From contig CAVQXP010000004.1 in the NCBI GenBank assembly GCA_963717935.1, forward strand, positions 640,001-704,000: a DNA stretch of 64,000 bases, written 5' to 3'. Shown one piece after another: positions 36,667-46,909 of the stretch (the first letter of the stretch is position 1; each line of letters opens with the position of its first letter). The DNA is from Candidatus Eiseniibacteriota bacterium. GTDB taxonomy: Bacteria > Eisenbacteria > RBG-16-71-46. Both the position numbers and the translations under genes were made by a program. The notes below the pieces were generated by a model. It was not told the origin of the DNA. It made no database searches and worked only from the letters and a program-made list of their open reading frames with translations.

Positions 36667-39360
36667 ATGCGCCCTCTGCCGATGATCGTACTGCTCGCGC
36701 TCTTCTCGACCGCGGGTCCGTTCGCCGCGACGGGGGCTGCCGTGCCGGCCGCCGGCGATTCGCTCCCCCCGGTTCGGGCCGTGCGCCTCACGTCGCCGGT
36801 CACGATCGACGGCGCGCTCGAGGAGCCCGTCTGGCAGAGCGCGGAGCCCATCCGGTGGTTCACGCAGAGCAACCCGAACGAGGGTGCCGCGCCCAGCGAG
36901 AGCACGGCGATGTGGCTGGCCTACGACGACGGTGCGCTCTACGTGGCGGCCCGCATGTGGGACGCGCACCCGGACTCGATCATCGCGAGCCTCGTGCGGC
37001 GTGATCTGTGGGTCCCGTCCGACCGGCTCGTGGTGTATCTCGACCCGTACCACGACCACCGCAGCGGCTACTTCTTCTCCGTCAGCGCGGCCGGGGTGCT
37101 GTGGGACGGCACGATGTTCAACGACGGCATGCTCGACGACTCGTGGGACGGCGTATGGGAGGCCCGGGTGCGGCGCGAGGGCGGCGAGCGCGGCGCCGTC
37201 GCGGTGGGCGGGGGTCCGGGGGGCTGGACCTGCGAGATGAGGATCCCGCTCTCGCAGCTGCGCTTCCGGCCCGGCCGCGAGCAGGTCTGGGGCATCAACC
37301 TGCGCCGGCGCATCGAGCGGACGACCGAGCTCGACGAGTTGGTCTACACGCCCAGGAAGGGCAGCGGCTTCACCTCGCGCTTCCCGCACCTCGTCGGCAT
37401 CGAGGACGGGCGGCGCTCGCGCTCGATCGAGGTCATGCCCTACACGACGGGCAAGGCGGAGTACCTCGCGCACGAGGCCGGCGATCCGTTCAACGACGGC
37501 TCGCGCTACACGCCCGGAATGGGCGGCGACTTGCGCATGAGCGTGGGCAACAACCTGACGCTGAACACCACGGCGAACCCCGACTTCGGGCAGGTCGAGG
37601 TGGACCCGGCGGTGGTGAACCTCTCGGACGTGGAATCGTACTTCCAGGAGAAGCGCCCGTTCTTCACCGAGAACTCGCGCATCTTCTCCTTCGGCAACGA
37701 GGGCGCGAACCGGTACTGGGGCTTCAACTGGCCGGAGCCGCGCTTCTTCTACAGCCGCCGCATCGGACGTACGCCCCAGGGGGGCGCGCCGGACGACGCC
37801 GAGTTCAGCGACCTGCCGGTCGCGACCCACATCCTCGGGGCAGCGAAGCTCACCGGGAAGCTCTCGCCGGGCCTCAACTTCGGCACGATGCACGCCGTGA
37901 CCTCGCGCGAGGACGCGCGGTACGCGCTCGACGGGCTCCACTCGACGGCCGAGGTCGAGCCGCTCACGTACTACGGCGTGGCGCGCGGCCTGGGGGAGCT
38001 CAAGGGGGGCTACAACGGCCTCGGGCTCATGACGACGCTGGTGCAGCGCCGGTTCGAGGGGGGCGGGCTGAAGGACCTGCTGAACGAGCAATCGCTGATG
38101 ACCGGGCTCGACGGCTGGCATTTTCTCGACCGGAAGAAGCTGTGGGTGCTGTCGGGCTGGGCGGGGATGTCTCGAGTGGCGGGGACGGAGCAGCGGATGA
38201 TCTCGCTGCAGCGCAGCTCGCGACACTACCTGCAGCGGCCGGACGCAGAGCACCTCGGCGTGGACAGCAGCGCCACGTCGCTCACCGGCTTCGGCGCGCG
38301 CGTGTGGCTCAACAAGCAGCAAGGCAATCTCATCAGCAACTCGGCGATCGGGTTCATGGACCCGAAGTTCGACGTGAACGACATGGGATTCCAGTCGCGG
38401 GCGGACGTGATCACCGCGCACACGGGCCTGCAATATCACTCCACGAAGCCGAACCGCTGGAGCCGCGAGGCCTGGGTCGCCGGGGTGGTGTTCGAGAGCC
38501 GCGACTTCGACGGCAACCGGACGGGGGCGGGGCTCTGGCAGGGGAACACCGTCACCTTCGCGAACGACTACGGCCTCAGCACCGAGCTGATGTACGTCCC
38601 GCTGACCATGAACAACCGCCGGACCCGCGGCGGGCCGCTCATGGAAGAGCCGCCCGGCACGTACGCGTCGGTGACCTTCAACACCGCGGGCCGGAACAAG
38701 CTCGTCTACAGCCTGTACGCGGACCGCACGTACACCCCGGCCGCCGGCGGCACGGATTACTACAACGTCTTCCCGGCGGTGGAGTGGAAGCCGGTCTCGA
38801 ACTTCTCCATCCAGGTCGGACCAAACCTCCAGCGCGCCATCGAGAACGCCCAGTACGTGAGACGGGTCTCGGCCCCCGGCGAGGTGCCGGCGGACTTCGG
38901 AGACCTGCGCTACGTCTTCGCCCGCATGGACCAGACGACGGTATCGGCGGACATCCGGTTGAACGTGTCCTTCTCCACGAACCTCACGCTGCAGACCTAC
39001 ATCCAGCCGCTGATCTCGGCCGGCCACTACACCGATTTCAAGGAGCTGGCCCGGGCCGGCTCGTACGAATTCATCCACTACGGCGCGAGCTACGATCCCG
39101 CGACCGGCATCGTGACGCCCGCCGGCGGCACGCCGTTCTCGATCTCCGACCCGGACTTCAACTTCAAGTCGCTCCGCGGGAACGCGGTGCTGCGCTGGGA
39201 ATACCGGCCGGGCTCGGTGCTGTACCTGGTCTGGACGCAGCAGCGCACCGACAGCGAGGCCCTCGGCGAGCTGCAGTTCGGCCGTTCGGCGCGGCGGCTG
39301 GTGGACGCGCAGGCGGACGACATCTTCCTGGTGAAGGCGACGTACTACCTCAACCTGTAG
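36667..39360 (+). CDS. CBM9-like + DUF5916 protein, paralog 2
   Basis: Same motifs as paralog 1; signal peptide from ATG 36667. Confidence 0.82.
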   Translation: MRPLPMIVLLALFSTAGPFAATGAAVPAAGDSLPPVRAVRLTSPVTIDGALEEPVWQSAEPIRWFTQSNPNEGAAPSESTAMWLAYDDGALYVAARMWDAHPDSIIASLVRRDLWVPSDRLVVYLDPYHDHRSGYFFSVSAAGVLWDGTMFNDGMLDDSWDGVWEARVRREGGERGAVAVGGGPGGWTCEMRIPLSQLRFRPGREQVWGINLRRRIERTTELDELVYTPRKGSGFTSRFPHLVGIEDGRRSRSIEVMPYTTGKAEYLAHEAGDPFNDGSRYTPGMGGDLRMSVGNNLTLNTTANPDFGQVEVDPAVVNLSDVESYFQEKRPFFTENSRIFSFGNEGANRYWGFNWPEPRFFYSRRIGRTPQGGAPDDAEFSDLPVATHILGAAKLTGKLSPGLNFGTMHAVTSREDARYALDGLHSTAEVEPLTYYGVARGLGELKGGYNGLGLMTTLVQRRFEGGGLKDLLNEQSLMTGLDGWHFLDRKKLWVLSGWAGMSRVAGTEQRMISLQRSSRHYLQRPDAEHLGVDSSATSLTGFGARVWLNKQQGNLISNSAIGFMDPKFDVNDMGFQSRADVITAHTGLQYHSTKPNRWSREAWVAGVVFESRDFDGNRTGAGLWQGNTVTFANDYGLSTELMYVPLTMNNRRTRGGPLMEEPPGTYASVTFNTAGRNKLVYSLYADRTYTPAAGGTDYYNVFPAVEWKPVSNFSIQVGPNLQRAIENAQYVRRVSAPGEVPADFGDLRYVFARMDQTTVSADIRLNVSFSTNLTLQTYIQPLISAGHYTDFKELARAGSYEFIHYGASYDPATGIVTPAGGTPFSISDPDFNFKSLRGNAVLRWEYRPGSVLYLVWTQQRTDSEALGELQFGRSARRLVDAQADDIFLVKATYYLNL

Positions 39361-39645
39361 CTGGCCCGACCGGAGGCGGTGTGCGGCGCGCGCGCGGCCC
39401 GAGGGCGCAGGGACGGCGTGGGCGGCGAGCCCGGCGCTCGGTCGGCGCCGGGCCTCGCCGTCGGATCGTCACGTTCGTTCGCGCGAATGCCGCGCTGGTC
39501 GGCACCGGGCGCACACTCGGCCGAGCGCCGCGGATGTGGGGGCCGGGATCGTGGATGCTCGTCCGCGCCGGCGCGTGCCGGTGGCCGCCCCGGCGAGAGT
39601 CCCGGGCGATCACGCGACCCCCCTTCACCCGCGAGAACCCAGGTC

Positions 39646-42306
39646 ATGCGCATCCTCCCCGCAGTGTTGCTCCTCGCCCTGGCCGGGCCGGCGGCGGCGC
39701 AACCGCCGGAAGGCGTCGGCCCCGTGCAGGCCGTGCGCCTGACCGCGCCCGTCGTGATCGACGGGCGGCTCGACGAGGCCGTCTGGCAGAGCGCGCCGGC
39801 CGTGACGAGGTTCACACAGCGCGATCCGGTAGAGGGCGCCGTCCCGCGCGAGAGCACCTGGGTGTGGGTCGCGTACGACGACCGGGCGCTCTACGTCGCG
39901 GCGCGCCTGTGGGACTCGCGGCCGGACTCCATCGTCGCGCAACTCGTGCGGCGCGACGTGAACACGGCGTCCGACCGCTTCTTCCTCTACCTGGACACGT
40001 ACCACGACGGGCGCAGCGGGTACTACTTCGGCGTCAACGCGGCGGGCGTCCTGCTCGATGGCACGCTGTTCAACGACATCCAGAGTGACGCCTCGTGGGA
40101 CGGGGTGTGGGACGCGCGGGTGCGCCGCGAGGGGGCGCCGGGAGTGGCGGCGTCCGGCTGGACCTGCGAGATGCGCATCCCGATCTCCCAGATGCGCTCG
40201 CGCGTGGGCGCCGAGCAGGTCTGGGGCATCAACTTCAAGCGCTGCATCACGCGCCTCAACGAGGTGGACTACCTCGTTCCCCTGCCCAAGAAGGCCAGCG
40301 GCTTCGTGTCGCGCTTCCCCGACCTGGTCGGGTTCAAGCCCGGACGGCGGGGGCGCAACGTCGAGCTGCTGCCCTACGCGACGGGCAAGGCCGAGTATCT
40401 CGTGCACGACCCGGACGACCCGTTCAACGACGGCTCGCGCTATACGCCCGGCCTCGGCGCCGACCTGCGGGCCGGCGTCGGGAACAACCTGACGCTCAAC
40501 GCCACGGTGAATCCGGACTTCGGGCAGGTCGAGGTGGACCCGGCGGTGGTGAACCTCTCCGACGTGGAGTCGTACTTCGAGGAGAAGCGCCCGTTCTTCA
40601 CCGAGAACTCGCGCATCTTCGCCTTCGGCAACGAGGGCGCGGCTTCGTACTGGAGCCTGGGCTGGCCCGCTCCGCGCTTCTTCTACAGCCGGCGCATCGG
40701 GCGGGCGCCGCAGGGGGGCGTTCCCGTCGGAGCGGAGTTCAGCGACGTGCCGATGGCGACGCACATCCTCGGCGCGGCGAAGCTCACGGGCAAGCCCTCC
40801 GAGGGGTTCGGCCTCGGGATGCTCCAGGCGGTGACGTCCCGCGAAGACGCGCGGTACCAGGTGGACGGGCTCGAGTCGGAGGCGGTGGTCGAGCCGCTCA
40901 CGTACTACGGCGTGGTGCGCGGACTGAAGGAGATGAAGGGCGGATACAACGGTCTCGGGGTGCTGACGACGCTGGTGCAGCGCCGTTTCGGAGACGACGG
41001 ACTGGCGGACGCGATGAACCGCCAGTCGCTGATGGCCGGCCTGGACGGATGGCACTTCCTGGACCGCAAGAAGCTCTGGGTGCTGTCGGGCTGGGCCGGG
41101 ATGTCACGGGTGGCGGGGACGGAGCAGCGGATGATCGACCTGCAGCGCAGTTCGCTGCACTACCTGCAGCGGCCGGACGCGGAGCATCTGGGCGTGGACA
41201 GCACGGCGACGTCGCTGGCCGGTTACGGAGCACGGCTGTGGCTCAACAAGCAGGAAGGTAACGTCCTGTTCAACTCGGCGATCGGGATGCTGTCCCCGAA
41301 GTTCGACGTGAACGACGTGGGTTACATGTCCCAGGCGGACGCCACGAACGGCCACATCGGGGCCGGGTACAAGTGGACGGAGCCGAACGCGTGGCGCAAG
41401 GACCTCACCATGCTCGGCGTCGTCGTGGCGACCGGCAACCGCGACGGCGACGTGACCTCGAGAGGGTTGTACCTGAGTCCCGCCATCACCCTCGCCAACG
41501 ACTGGAGCCTCAGCCCAGAATACTTCCCGTTCCTGTCCTCGAAGAACGACCGGCGCACACGCGGCGGGCCGCTCATGCTCGAGCCGGCCAGCACGTGGTG
41601 GCAGCTCACCTTCGATTCCGACCCCAAGCGGACGACGACCTGGCACCTCGTCACGTCCGGGAGCAGCGCCCCGTCGGTGAACACGAGCTACTGGTCGCTC
41701 TACCCGTCGGTGGAGTGGAAGCCGGCCGCCAACTTCACGTTGAGCGTCGGCCCGGGACTGGACCGCACCCTCGAGGACGCGCAGTACGTGACGAAGGTCG
41801 CGGCGCCCGGGGAGGTCCCGGCGGACTTCGGGGACCGGCGCTACGTCTTCGCGCGCATGGACCAGACGACCGTCTCGGCCAACATCCGGCTCGACGTGTC
41901 GTTCACGCGGAACCTCACGCTCCAGACCTACATCCAGCCGCTGATCTCGGCGGGGCGCTTCTCGGACTTCAAGGAGCTCGCCCGCTCCGGTTCGTACGAC
42001 TTCATCCACTACGGGCTCGACGACGGCTCGACCTACGATCCCGTGGCCGGGATCGTGGACCCGGGCGGAGGCGGCACGCCGTTCGCGCTGTCCGACCCCT
42101 CCTTCAACTTCAAGTCGCTGCGCGGGAACGCCGTGCTGCGCTGGGAGTACCGGCCCGGGTCGGTGCTGTACTTCGTCTGGACCCAGGAGCGGGCGGACTT
42201 CGAGCCCTTCGGGGACCTGCGCTTCGGTCCCTCGACGCGACGGCTGCTCGACGCGCAGGCCAACGACATCTTCCTGGTGAAGGCGACGTACCACCTGAAC
42301 CTGTAG
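39646..42306 (+). CDS. CBM9-like + DUF5916 protein, paralog 3
   Basis: Same motifs; signal peptide MRILPAVLLLALAGPAAA. Confidence 0.82.
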   Translation: MRILPAVLLLALAGPAAAQPPEGVGPVQAVRLTAPVVIDGRLDEAVWQSAPAVTRFTQRDPVEGAVPRESTWVWVAYDDRALYVAARLWDSRPDSIVAQLVRRDVNTASDRFFLYLDTYHDGRSGYYFGVNAAGVLLDGTLFNDIQSDASWDGVWDARVRREGAPGVAASGWTCEMRIPISQMRSRVGAEQVWGINFKRCITRLNEVDYLVPLPKKASGFVSRFPDLVGFKPGRRGRNVELLPYATGKAEYLVHDPDDPFNDGSRYTPGLGADLRAGVGNNLTLNATVNPDFGQVEVDPAVVNLSDVESYFEEKRPFFTENSRIFAFGNEGAASYWSLGWPAPRFFYSRRIGRAPQGGVPVGAEFSDVPMATHILGAAKLTGKPSEGFGLGMLQAVTSREDARYQVDGLESEAVVEPLTYYGVVRGLKEMKGGYNGLGVLTTLVQRRFGDDGLADAMNRQSLMAGLDGWHFLDRKKLWVLSGWAGMSRVAGTEQRMIDLQRSSLHYLQRPDAEHLGVDSTATSLAGYGARLWLNKQEGNVLFNSAIGMLSPKFDVNDVGYMSQADATNGHIGAGYKWTEPNAWRKDLTMLGVVVATGNRDGDVTSRGLYLSPAITLANDWSLSPEYFPFLSSKNDRRTRGGPLMLEPASTWWQLTFDSDPKRTTTWHLVTSGSSAPSVNTSYWSLYPSVEWKPAANFTLSVGPGLDRTLEDAQYVTKVAAPGEVPADFGDRRYVFARMDQTTVSANIRLDVSFTRNLTLQTYIQPLISAGRFSDFKELARSGSYDFIHYGLDDGSTYDPVAGIVDPGGGGTPFALSDPSFNFKSLRGNAVLRWEYRPGSVLYFVWTQERADFEPFGDLRFGPSTRRLLDAQANDIFLVKATYHLNL

Positions 42307-42477
42307 CCCGGCCGGCCCGCAGGCCAGCGGTGGGGGCCCGCGTGTTCCGGGTGCGAGACGGGGCGCAGGTGGCGAGCCCGGCGGGTCTGCGGCGCCGGGT
42401 TCCGTCGCCGGGGCACCCGCGTTCGTCGCTCCGGCGTCGTCGCTGGTCCGCCGCCCGCGCGGGAGCGGGCCCGCGAC

Positions 42478-42504
42478 GAAACCCGGCGCCGGACGCATCC
42501 GTCA
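42478..42504 (+). promoter_or_regulatory. Candidate ECF-sigma promoter (GAAAC-N17-CGTCA)
   Basis: Upstream of DUF5916 copy 4. Confidence 0.45.
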
Positions 42505-42591
42505 CAGGGGTGTGAGACCACCGCAGGCCCGCACCCCGCTCTCCTGCCTGTCCGCGAGCCGAATCCGCCTTCACCGACCGAGGAGCCCCCG

Positions 42592-45267
42592 ATGCGAAGC
42601 GCTCTGATCCCGACGTTCCTGTGGGTGCTGGCCGCCGGGGCCGCCCTCGCCGCCGGTCCCGCCCGAGCCGCCCAGGCCCCGCCCGACCCCGGTGACGCGC
42701 TTCCCCCCGTGCGCGCCGCGAGGCTGGCCTCGCCGGTCTCGGTGGACGGCGCGCTGACCGACGCCGCCTGGCAGGGCCCGCCCGCCATCACGCGGATGGT
42801 GCAGCTGCAGCCCTACGAGGGCGCGGTCGCGAACGACAGCACCTGGGTGTGGTTCGCCTTCGACGACCAGGCCCTGTACGTGGCGGCGCGCATGTGGGAC
42901 GCGCACCCCGATTCGATCATCGCCCCGCTCTTCCGCCGCGACGACTTCCTCCCCTGCGACTTCGCGGGCGTGATCCTCGACCCGTTCCACGATCACCGCA
43001 CGGGCTACGAGTTCGTCATCACCCCCTCCGGTGCGGTCATGGACGCCACCACGGCGAACGACGGCGAGGAGGACGCGTCCTGGGACGGCGTGTGGGAGGG
43101 ACGCGCCCGGCGCGACCCGCAGGGGTGGACCTGCGAGATGCGGATCCCGTTCTCGCAGTTGCGCTTCACCCCGGGCGAGCGCCAGGTGTGGGGCGTGAAC
43201 TTCGGCCGCAACGTGGCGCGCCGTGCCGAGAAGTCCTTCGCCGTGATCAAGCCGAAGGCGGAGAGCGACTTCTGGCCTCGTTTCCCGCACCTCGTGGGCA
43301 TCGAGCACGTGAAGAGCGGACGGACCGTCGAGTTGTCGCCCTACGTGACGGGGAAGGCGGAGTACCTGGCCCGGCCCCTGGGCGATCCCTTCAACGACGG
43401 TTCGCGCTACACGCCGGCCGTGGGCGGTGACCTGCGCGCCAGCCTGGGCAGCAACCTGACGCTGAACGCCACGGTGAACCCCGATTTCGGCCAGGTCGAG
43501 GTGGACCCGGCGATCGTGAACCTCTCGGACGTCGAGTCCTTCTACCAGGAGAAGCGCCCGTTCTTCACCGAGAACTCGCGGGTCTTCTCCTTCGGCCAGG
43601 ACGGTCCCAACGATTCCTGGGGCATGAACTGGCCGGAGCCGACGTTCTTCTACAGCCGCCGCATCGGGCGCGCGCCGCAGGGCGGCGTGCCGGGTGACGC
43701 GATGTTCGCGGACGTCCCGATGGCGTCTCACATCCTCGGTGCGGCGAAGCTGACCGGCCGGCCCGCCCCGGGCTGGAACTTCGGCACGCTGCAGGCGCTG
43801 ACCTCGCGCGAGCGGGCGAAGGTCTGGGTGGACGGGCTCGAATCGAGGACCGAGGTCGAGCCCCTGACCTGGTACGGGATGGTGCGCGGACAGCGGGAGT
43901 TCAAGGAGGGCCGCAACGGACTCGGGTTCCTTTCCACGCTGGCACAGCGGCGCTTCGGCGACGGCGGGCTCCTCGCGGACGCGCTCAACCGCCAGTCCCT
44001 GATGACCGGCCTGGACGGCTGGCACTTCCTCGACCCGAAGAAGGTCTGGGTGCTGTCGGGCTGGAGCGCCATGTCGAGGGTGGCGGGGACCGAGGCGCGC
44101 ATGAGCGAGCTGCAGCGCAGCTCGCGCCACTACTTCCAGCGGCCCGATGCCGACTACCTGGGCGTGAAGGACCGGACCTCGCTCACCGGCTTCGCCGGTC
44201 GCCTCGCGCTCAACAAGCAGGAGGGCAACGTCCGCTTCAATTCGGCCGTCGGGGTGCTGGACCCGAAGTTCGACGTGAGCGACATGGGCTATCAGTCCTA
44301 CGCCGACCTGGTCAACGCCCATGTGATGACGGGCTACAAGTGGACGAAGGCCAACCGCTGGCAGAGCGAGAGCCGGCTCGCGGGCTACGTCGCCAGCAAC
44401 TGGGACTTCGGCGGCGAGCGGGTCTGGTCCGAGGTCGGAGGGGCGGGCCACATCACGTTCATCAACAACCACAGGTTCGATGCCGAGGTGGACTGGTTTC
44501 CCGAGGCGACGGCGAACCGCCAGACCCGCGGCGGCCCGCGCATGCTGCGCCAAGCCGGCGGCGCGGCGAGCCTGCACTACGACACCGACGAGAACCGCCG
44601 CCTGTCCAGCTGCACCAACTTCGGGATCGAAGGCACGCCGGGCACGGATTCGTACGACTGGTTCGTGGCCCCGGCGCTGGCCTGGAAGCCCTCGCCGAGG
44701 GTCTACCTGAGTTTCGGTCCCTCGCTGGAGCGCAACGTCGCCGACGCGCAGTTCGTCACCTCGGTCGCGGCGCCCGGCGAGGTGCCGGCGGACTTCGGCG
44801 ACCGGCGCTACGTCTTCGCCCGCCTGGACCAGACCACGGTCGCCGCCAGCATCCGGCTCAACGTGACGTTCACGCCGGACCTCTCGCTGCAGACCTACAT
44901 CCAGCCGTTCATCTCGGCGGGACGCTTCTCGGACTTCAAGGAGCTGGCGCGCGCGGGCTCGTACGACTTCATCCACTACGGGCAGGTCCCGGGCACGTCG
45001 TACGTGGACGGCACGGTGACGCCGGCCGACGGAGGCACGCCGTTCGCGCTGGGAGATCCGTCGTTCAACTTCAAGTCCCTGCGCGGGAACGCGGTGCTGC
45101 GCTGGGAGTACCGGCCGGGTTCGGTGCTGTACCTGGTCTGGACGCAGGAGCGCACGGATGAGGAGGCGCTGGGAGACCTGCGGTTCGGCCCCTCCACGCG
45201 GCGCCTGCTCGACGCGCAGGCGAACGACATCTTCCTGGTGAAGGCGACCTACTACCTGAACCTGTAG
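42592..45267 (+). CDS. CBM9-like + DUF5916 protein, paralog 4
   Basis: Same motifs; AGGAG RBS; signal peptide. Confidence 0.82.
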   Translation: MRSALIPTFLWVLAAGAALAAGPARAAQAPPDPGDALPPVRAARLASPVSVDGALTDAAWQGPPAITRMVQLQPYEGAVANDSTWVWFAFDDQALYVAARMWDAHPDSIIAPLFRRDDFLPCDFAGVILDPFHDHRTGYEFVITPSGAVMDATTANDGEEDASWDGVWEGRARRDPQGWTCEMRIPFSQLRFTPGERQVWGVNFGRNVARRAEKSFAVIKPKAESDFWPRFPHLVGIEHVKSGRTVELSPYVTGKAEYLARPLGDPFNDGSRYTPAVGGDLRASLGSNLTLNATVNPDFGQVEVDPAIVNLSDVESFYQEKRPFFTENSRVFSFGQDGPNDSWGMNWPEPTFFYSRRIGRAPQGGVPGDAMFADVPMASHILGAAKLTGRPAPGWNFGTLQALTSRERAKVWVDGLESRTEVEPLTWYGMVRGQREFKEGRNGLGFLSTLAQRRFGDGGLLADALNRQSLMTGLDGWHFLDPKKVWVLSGWSAMSRVAGTEARMSELQRSSRHYFQRPDADYLGVKDRTSLTGFAGRLALNKQEGNVRFNSAVGVLDPKFDVSDMGYQSYADLVNAHVMTGYKWTKANRWQSESRLAGYVASNWDFGGERVWSEVGGAGHITFINNHRFDAEVDWFPEATANRQTRGGPRMLRQAGGAASLHYDTDENRRLSSCTNFGIEGTPGTDSYDWFVAPALAWKPSPRVYLSFGPSLERNVADAQFVTSVAAPGEVPADFGDRRYVFARLDQTTVAASIRLNVTFTPDLSLQTYIQPFISAGRFSDFKELARAGSYDFIHYGQVPGTSYVDGTVTPADGGTPFALGDPSFNFKSLRGNAVLRWEYRPGSVLYLVWTQERTDEEALGDLRFGPSTRRLLDAQANDIFLVKATYYLNL

Positions 45268-45330
45268 CGGCCTCGACCTCCCGCGGCGGGCGTGGGTATA
45301 CTCCGCGCCCGCCTCATCCACGGAGGTCCC

Positions 45331-46506
45331 ATGCAGTGCCGAGAGCACGATCGCCTGGCCGCGGTCCGGCCCCGCGACCCGGCCGTGGCCGCCGCCCGGC
45401 GCACCCTGCTCGAGGGCGGGCGGCTCAGCCAGGAGGATGGCCTGCGTCTCTTCGCCGCGCCCGTGCTCGAGCTGGGACGCCTGGCCGACGCCTACGCGTG
45501 CGACCTGCACGGCGAGCGCGTCTACTTCACGGTCAACCGGCAGCTCAACCCGACCAACGTCTGCGTGCTCTCCTGCCGGTTCTGCGACTACGCGAAGAAG
45601 CCCGGCGCCCCCGGCGCCTACACCCTGACGAAGGAGCAGATCCTCGCGCATCTCGATCCCGGGATCACCGAGCTGCACATCACGGGTGGCCTGCACGACA
45701 GGTGGCGATTCGAGGACTACCTGGACGTCATCCGCTGGGTGAAGGAGGCGCGGCCCGACCTGCAGGTGAAGGCCTATACCGCGGTCGAGATCGACTTCTT
45801 CTGCCGCCTGACGAAGCAGCCGGTCGGGTGGGTGCTCGAGCGGCTGCGCGAGGTGGGGCTCGACGCCCTGCCCGGCGGCGGCGCCGAGGTGTTCAGCGAG
45901 CGCGTGCGCCGCGAGCTGTTCCGCCGGAAGATCGGCGGACAGCGCTGGCTCGAGATCCACGAGACCGCGCACCGGCTGGGCATCCCCTCGAACGCGACGC
46001 TGCTCTACGGCCACATCGAGACGCCGGCCGAGCGCGTGCAGCACCTGATCCTGCTGCGCGAGCTGGAGGACCGCGCGCCCGGCTTCCTCGCCTTCGTCCC
46101 GCTGGCCTTCCAGCCCGGCGTGACCGGCCTGGTGCGCCGGCAGGCCTCGGCCATCGAGGACCTCAAGACCATCGCGGTCTCGCGGCTGGTGTTCGACAAC
46201 GTGCCGCACGTCAAGTCCTACTGGGTCATGCTGGGGCACGACACCGCGAGCGTGGCGCTCAATTTCGGCGCGAGCGACCTGGATGGCACCATCGGCGCGG
46301 AGAAGATCGCGCACGCCGCGCAGGCGCGCAGCCCGGTCGGCCTGGCCGAGGAATCCATGGTGCAGACCATCCGCGAGGCCGGGAAGCTCCCCGTGCAGCG
46401 TGACGCGCTCTACCGCGTGGTGCGCGTGTACGGGCCGGGCACCGGCGCGGGGGCCGTCGCCGGACGCGTCCACGAGCGTGGCGCGGCCGGTGGGGCGACG
46501 GCGTGA
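45331..46506 (+). CDS. mqnE: CofH-like radical SAM enzyme, aminofutalosine synthase type
   Basis: NPTNVCVLSCRFC, ELHITGG, PGGGAEVF, SNATLLYGHIET, HVKSYWVM, DLDGT..EKI.H.A; TATACT -10 at 45297. Confidence 0.82.
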   Translation: MQCREHDRLAAVRPRDPAVAAARRTLLEGGRLSQEDGLRLFAAPVLELGRLADAYACDLHGERVYFTVNRQLNPTNVCVLSCRFCDYAKKPGAPGAYTLTKEQILAHLDPGITELHITGGLHDRWRFEDYLDVIRWVKEARPDLQVKAYTAVEIDFFCRLTKQPVGWVLERLREVGLDALPGGGAEVFSERVRRELFRRKIGGQRWLEIHETAHRLGIPSNATLLYGHIETPAERVQHLILLRELEDRAPGFLAFVPLAFQPGVTGLVRRQASAIEDLKTIAVSRLVFDNVPHVKSYWVMLGHDTASVALNFGASDLDGTIGAEKIAHAAQARSPVGLAEESMVQTIREAGKLPVQRDALYRVVRVYGPGTGAGAVAGRVHERGAAGGATA

Positions 46507-46886
46507 CTCCCGGTCATCAGACCGGGTTCCTCGCGCTGATCGAGGAGGCGCGGCCGCGCGTGAAGGAGATCGGCATCGCCGAGTACGGGGAGCGCCTCAT
46601 GCGACGCGAGCAGCACGTGCTGATCGACGTGCGCGAGGACCACGAGTGGGCGCGCGGACACCTGCCGGGGGCGATGCACCTGGGCAGGGGCATCATCGAG
46701 CGCGACATCGAGTCATGCTTCGCCAGCCGCAGCACGCCGATCGTCTGCTACTGCGGTGGCGGCTACCGCACCATCCTGGTCTGCGACAGCCTGCAGAAGA
46801 TGGGCTACACGAACGTGGTCTCGCTCGCGGGCGGTTTCCGCGGCTGGCAGGCGGCGGGTCTCCCGGTCGAGACGGACGGGGCGTAG
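46503..46886 (+). CDS. Rhodanese-like domain protein
   Basis: LIDVRE..EW..GHLPGA, YCGGGYR, MGYTNV.SLAGG..GW; GTGA overlap with mqnE. Confidence 0.9.
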   Translation: MTPGHQTGFLALIEEARPRVKEIGIAEYGERLMRREQHVLIDVREDHEWARGHLPGAMHLGRGIIERDIESCFASRSTPIVCYCGGGYRTILVCDSLQKMGYTNVVSLAGGFRGWQAAGLPVETDGA

Positions 46887-46909
46887 GCCGCCGGAGGCCC
46901 GGAGCCTCC

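Noticed and set aside
32282..45267. Diversity-generating retroelement or invertase shufflon behind the paralog variation
   Set aside because: No reverse transcriptase or recombinase in the window; all four copies are full-length, same-strand genes
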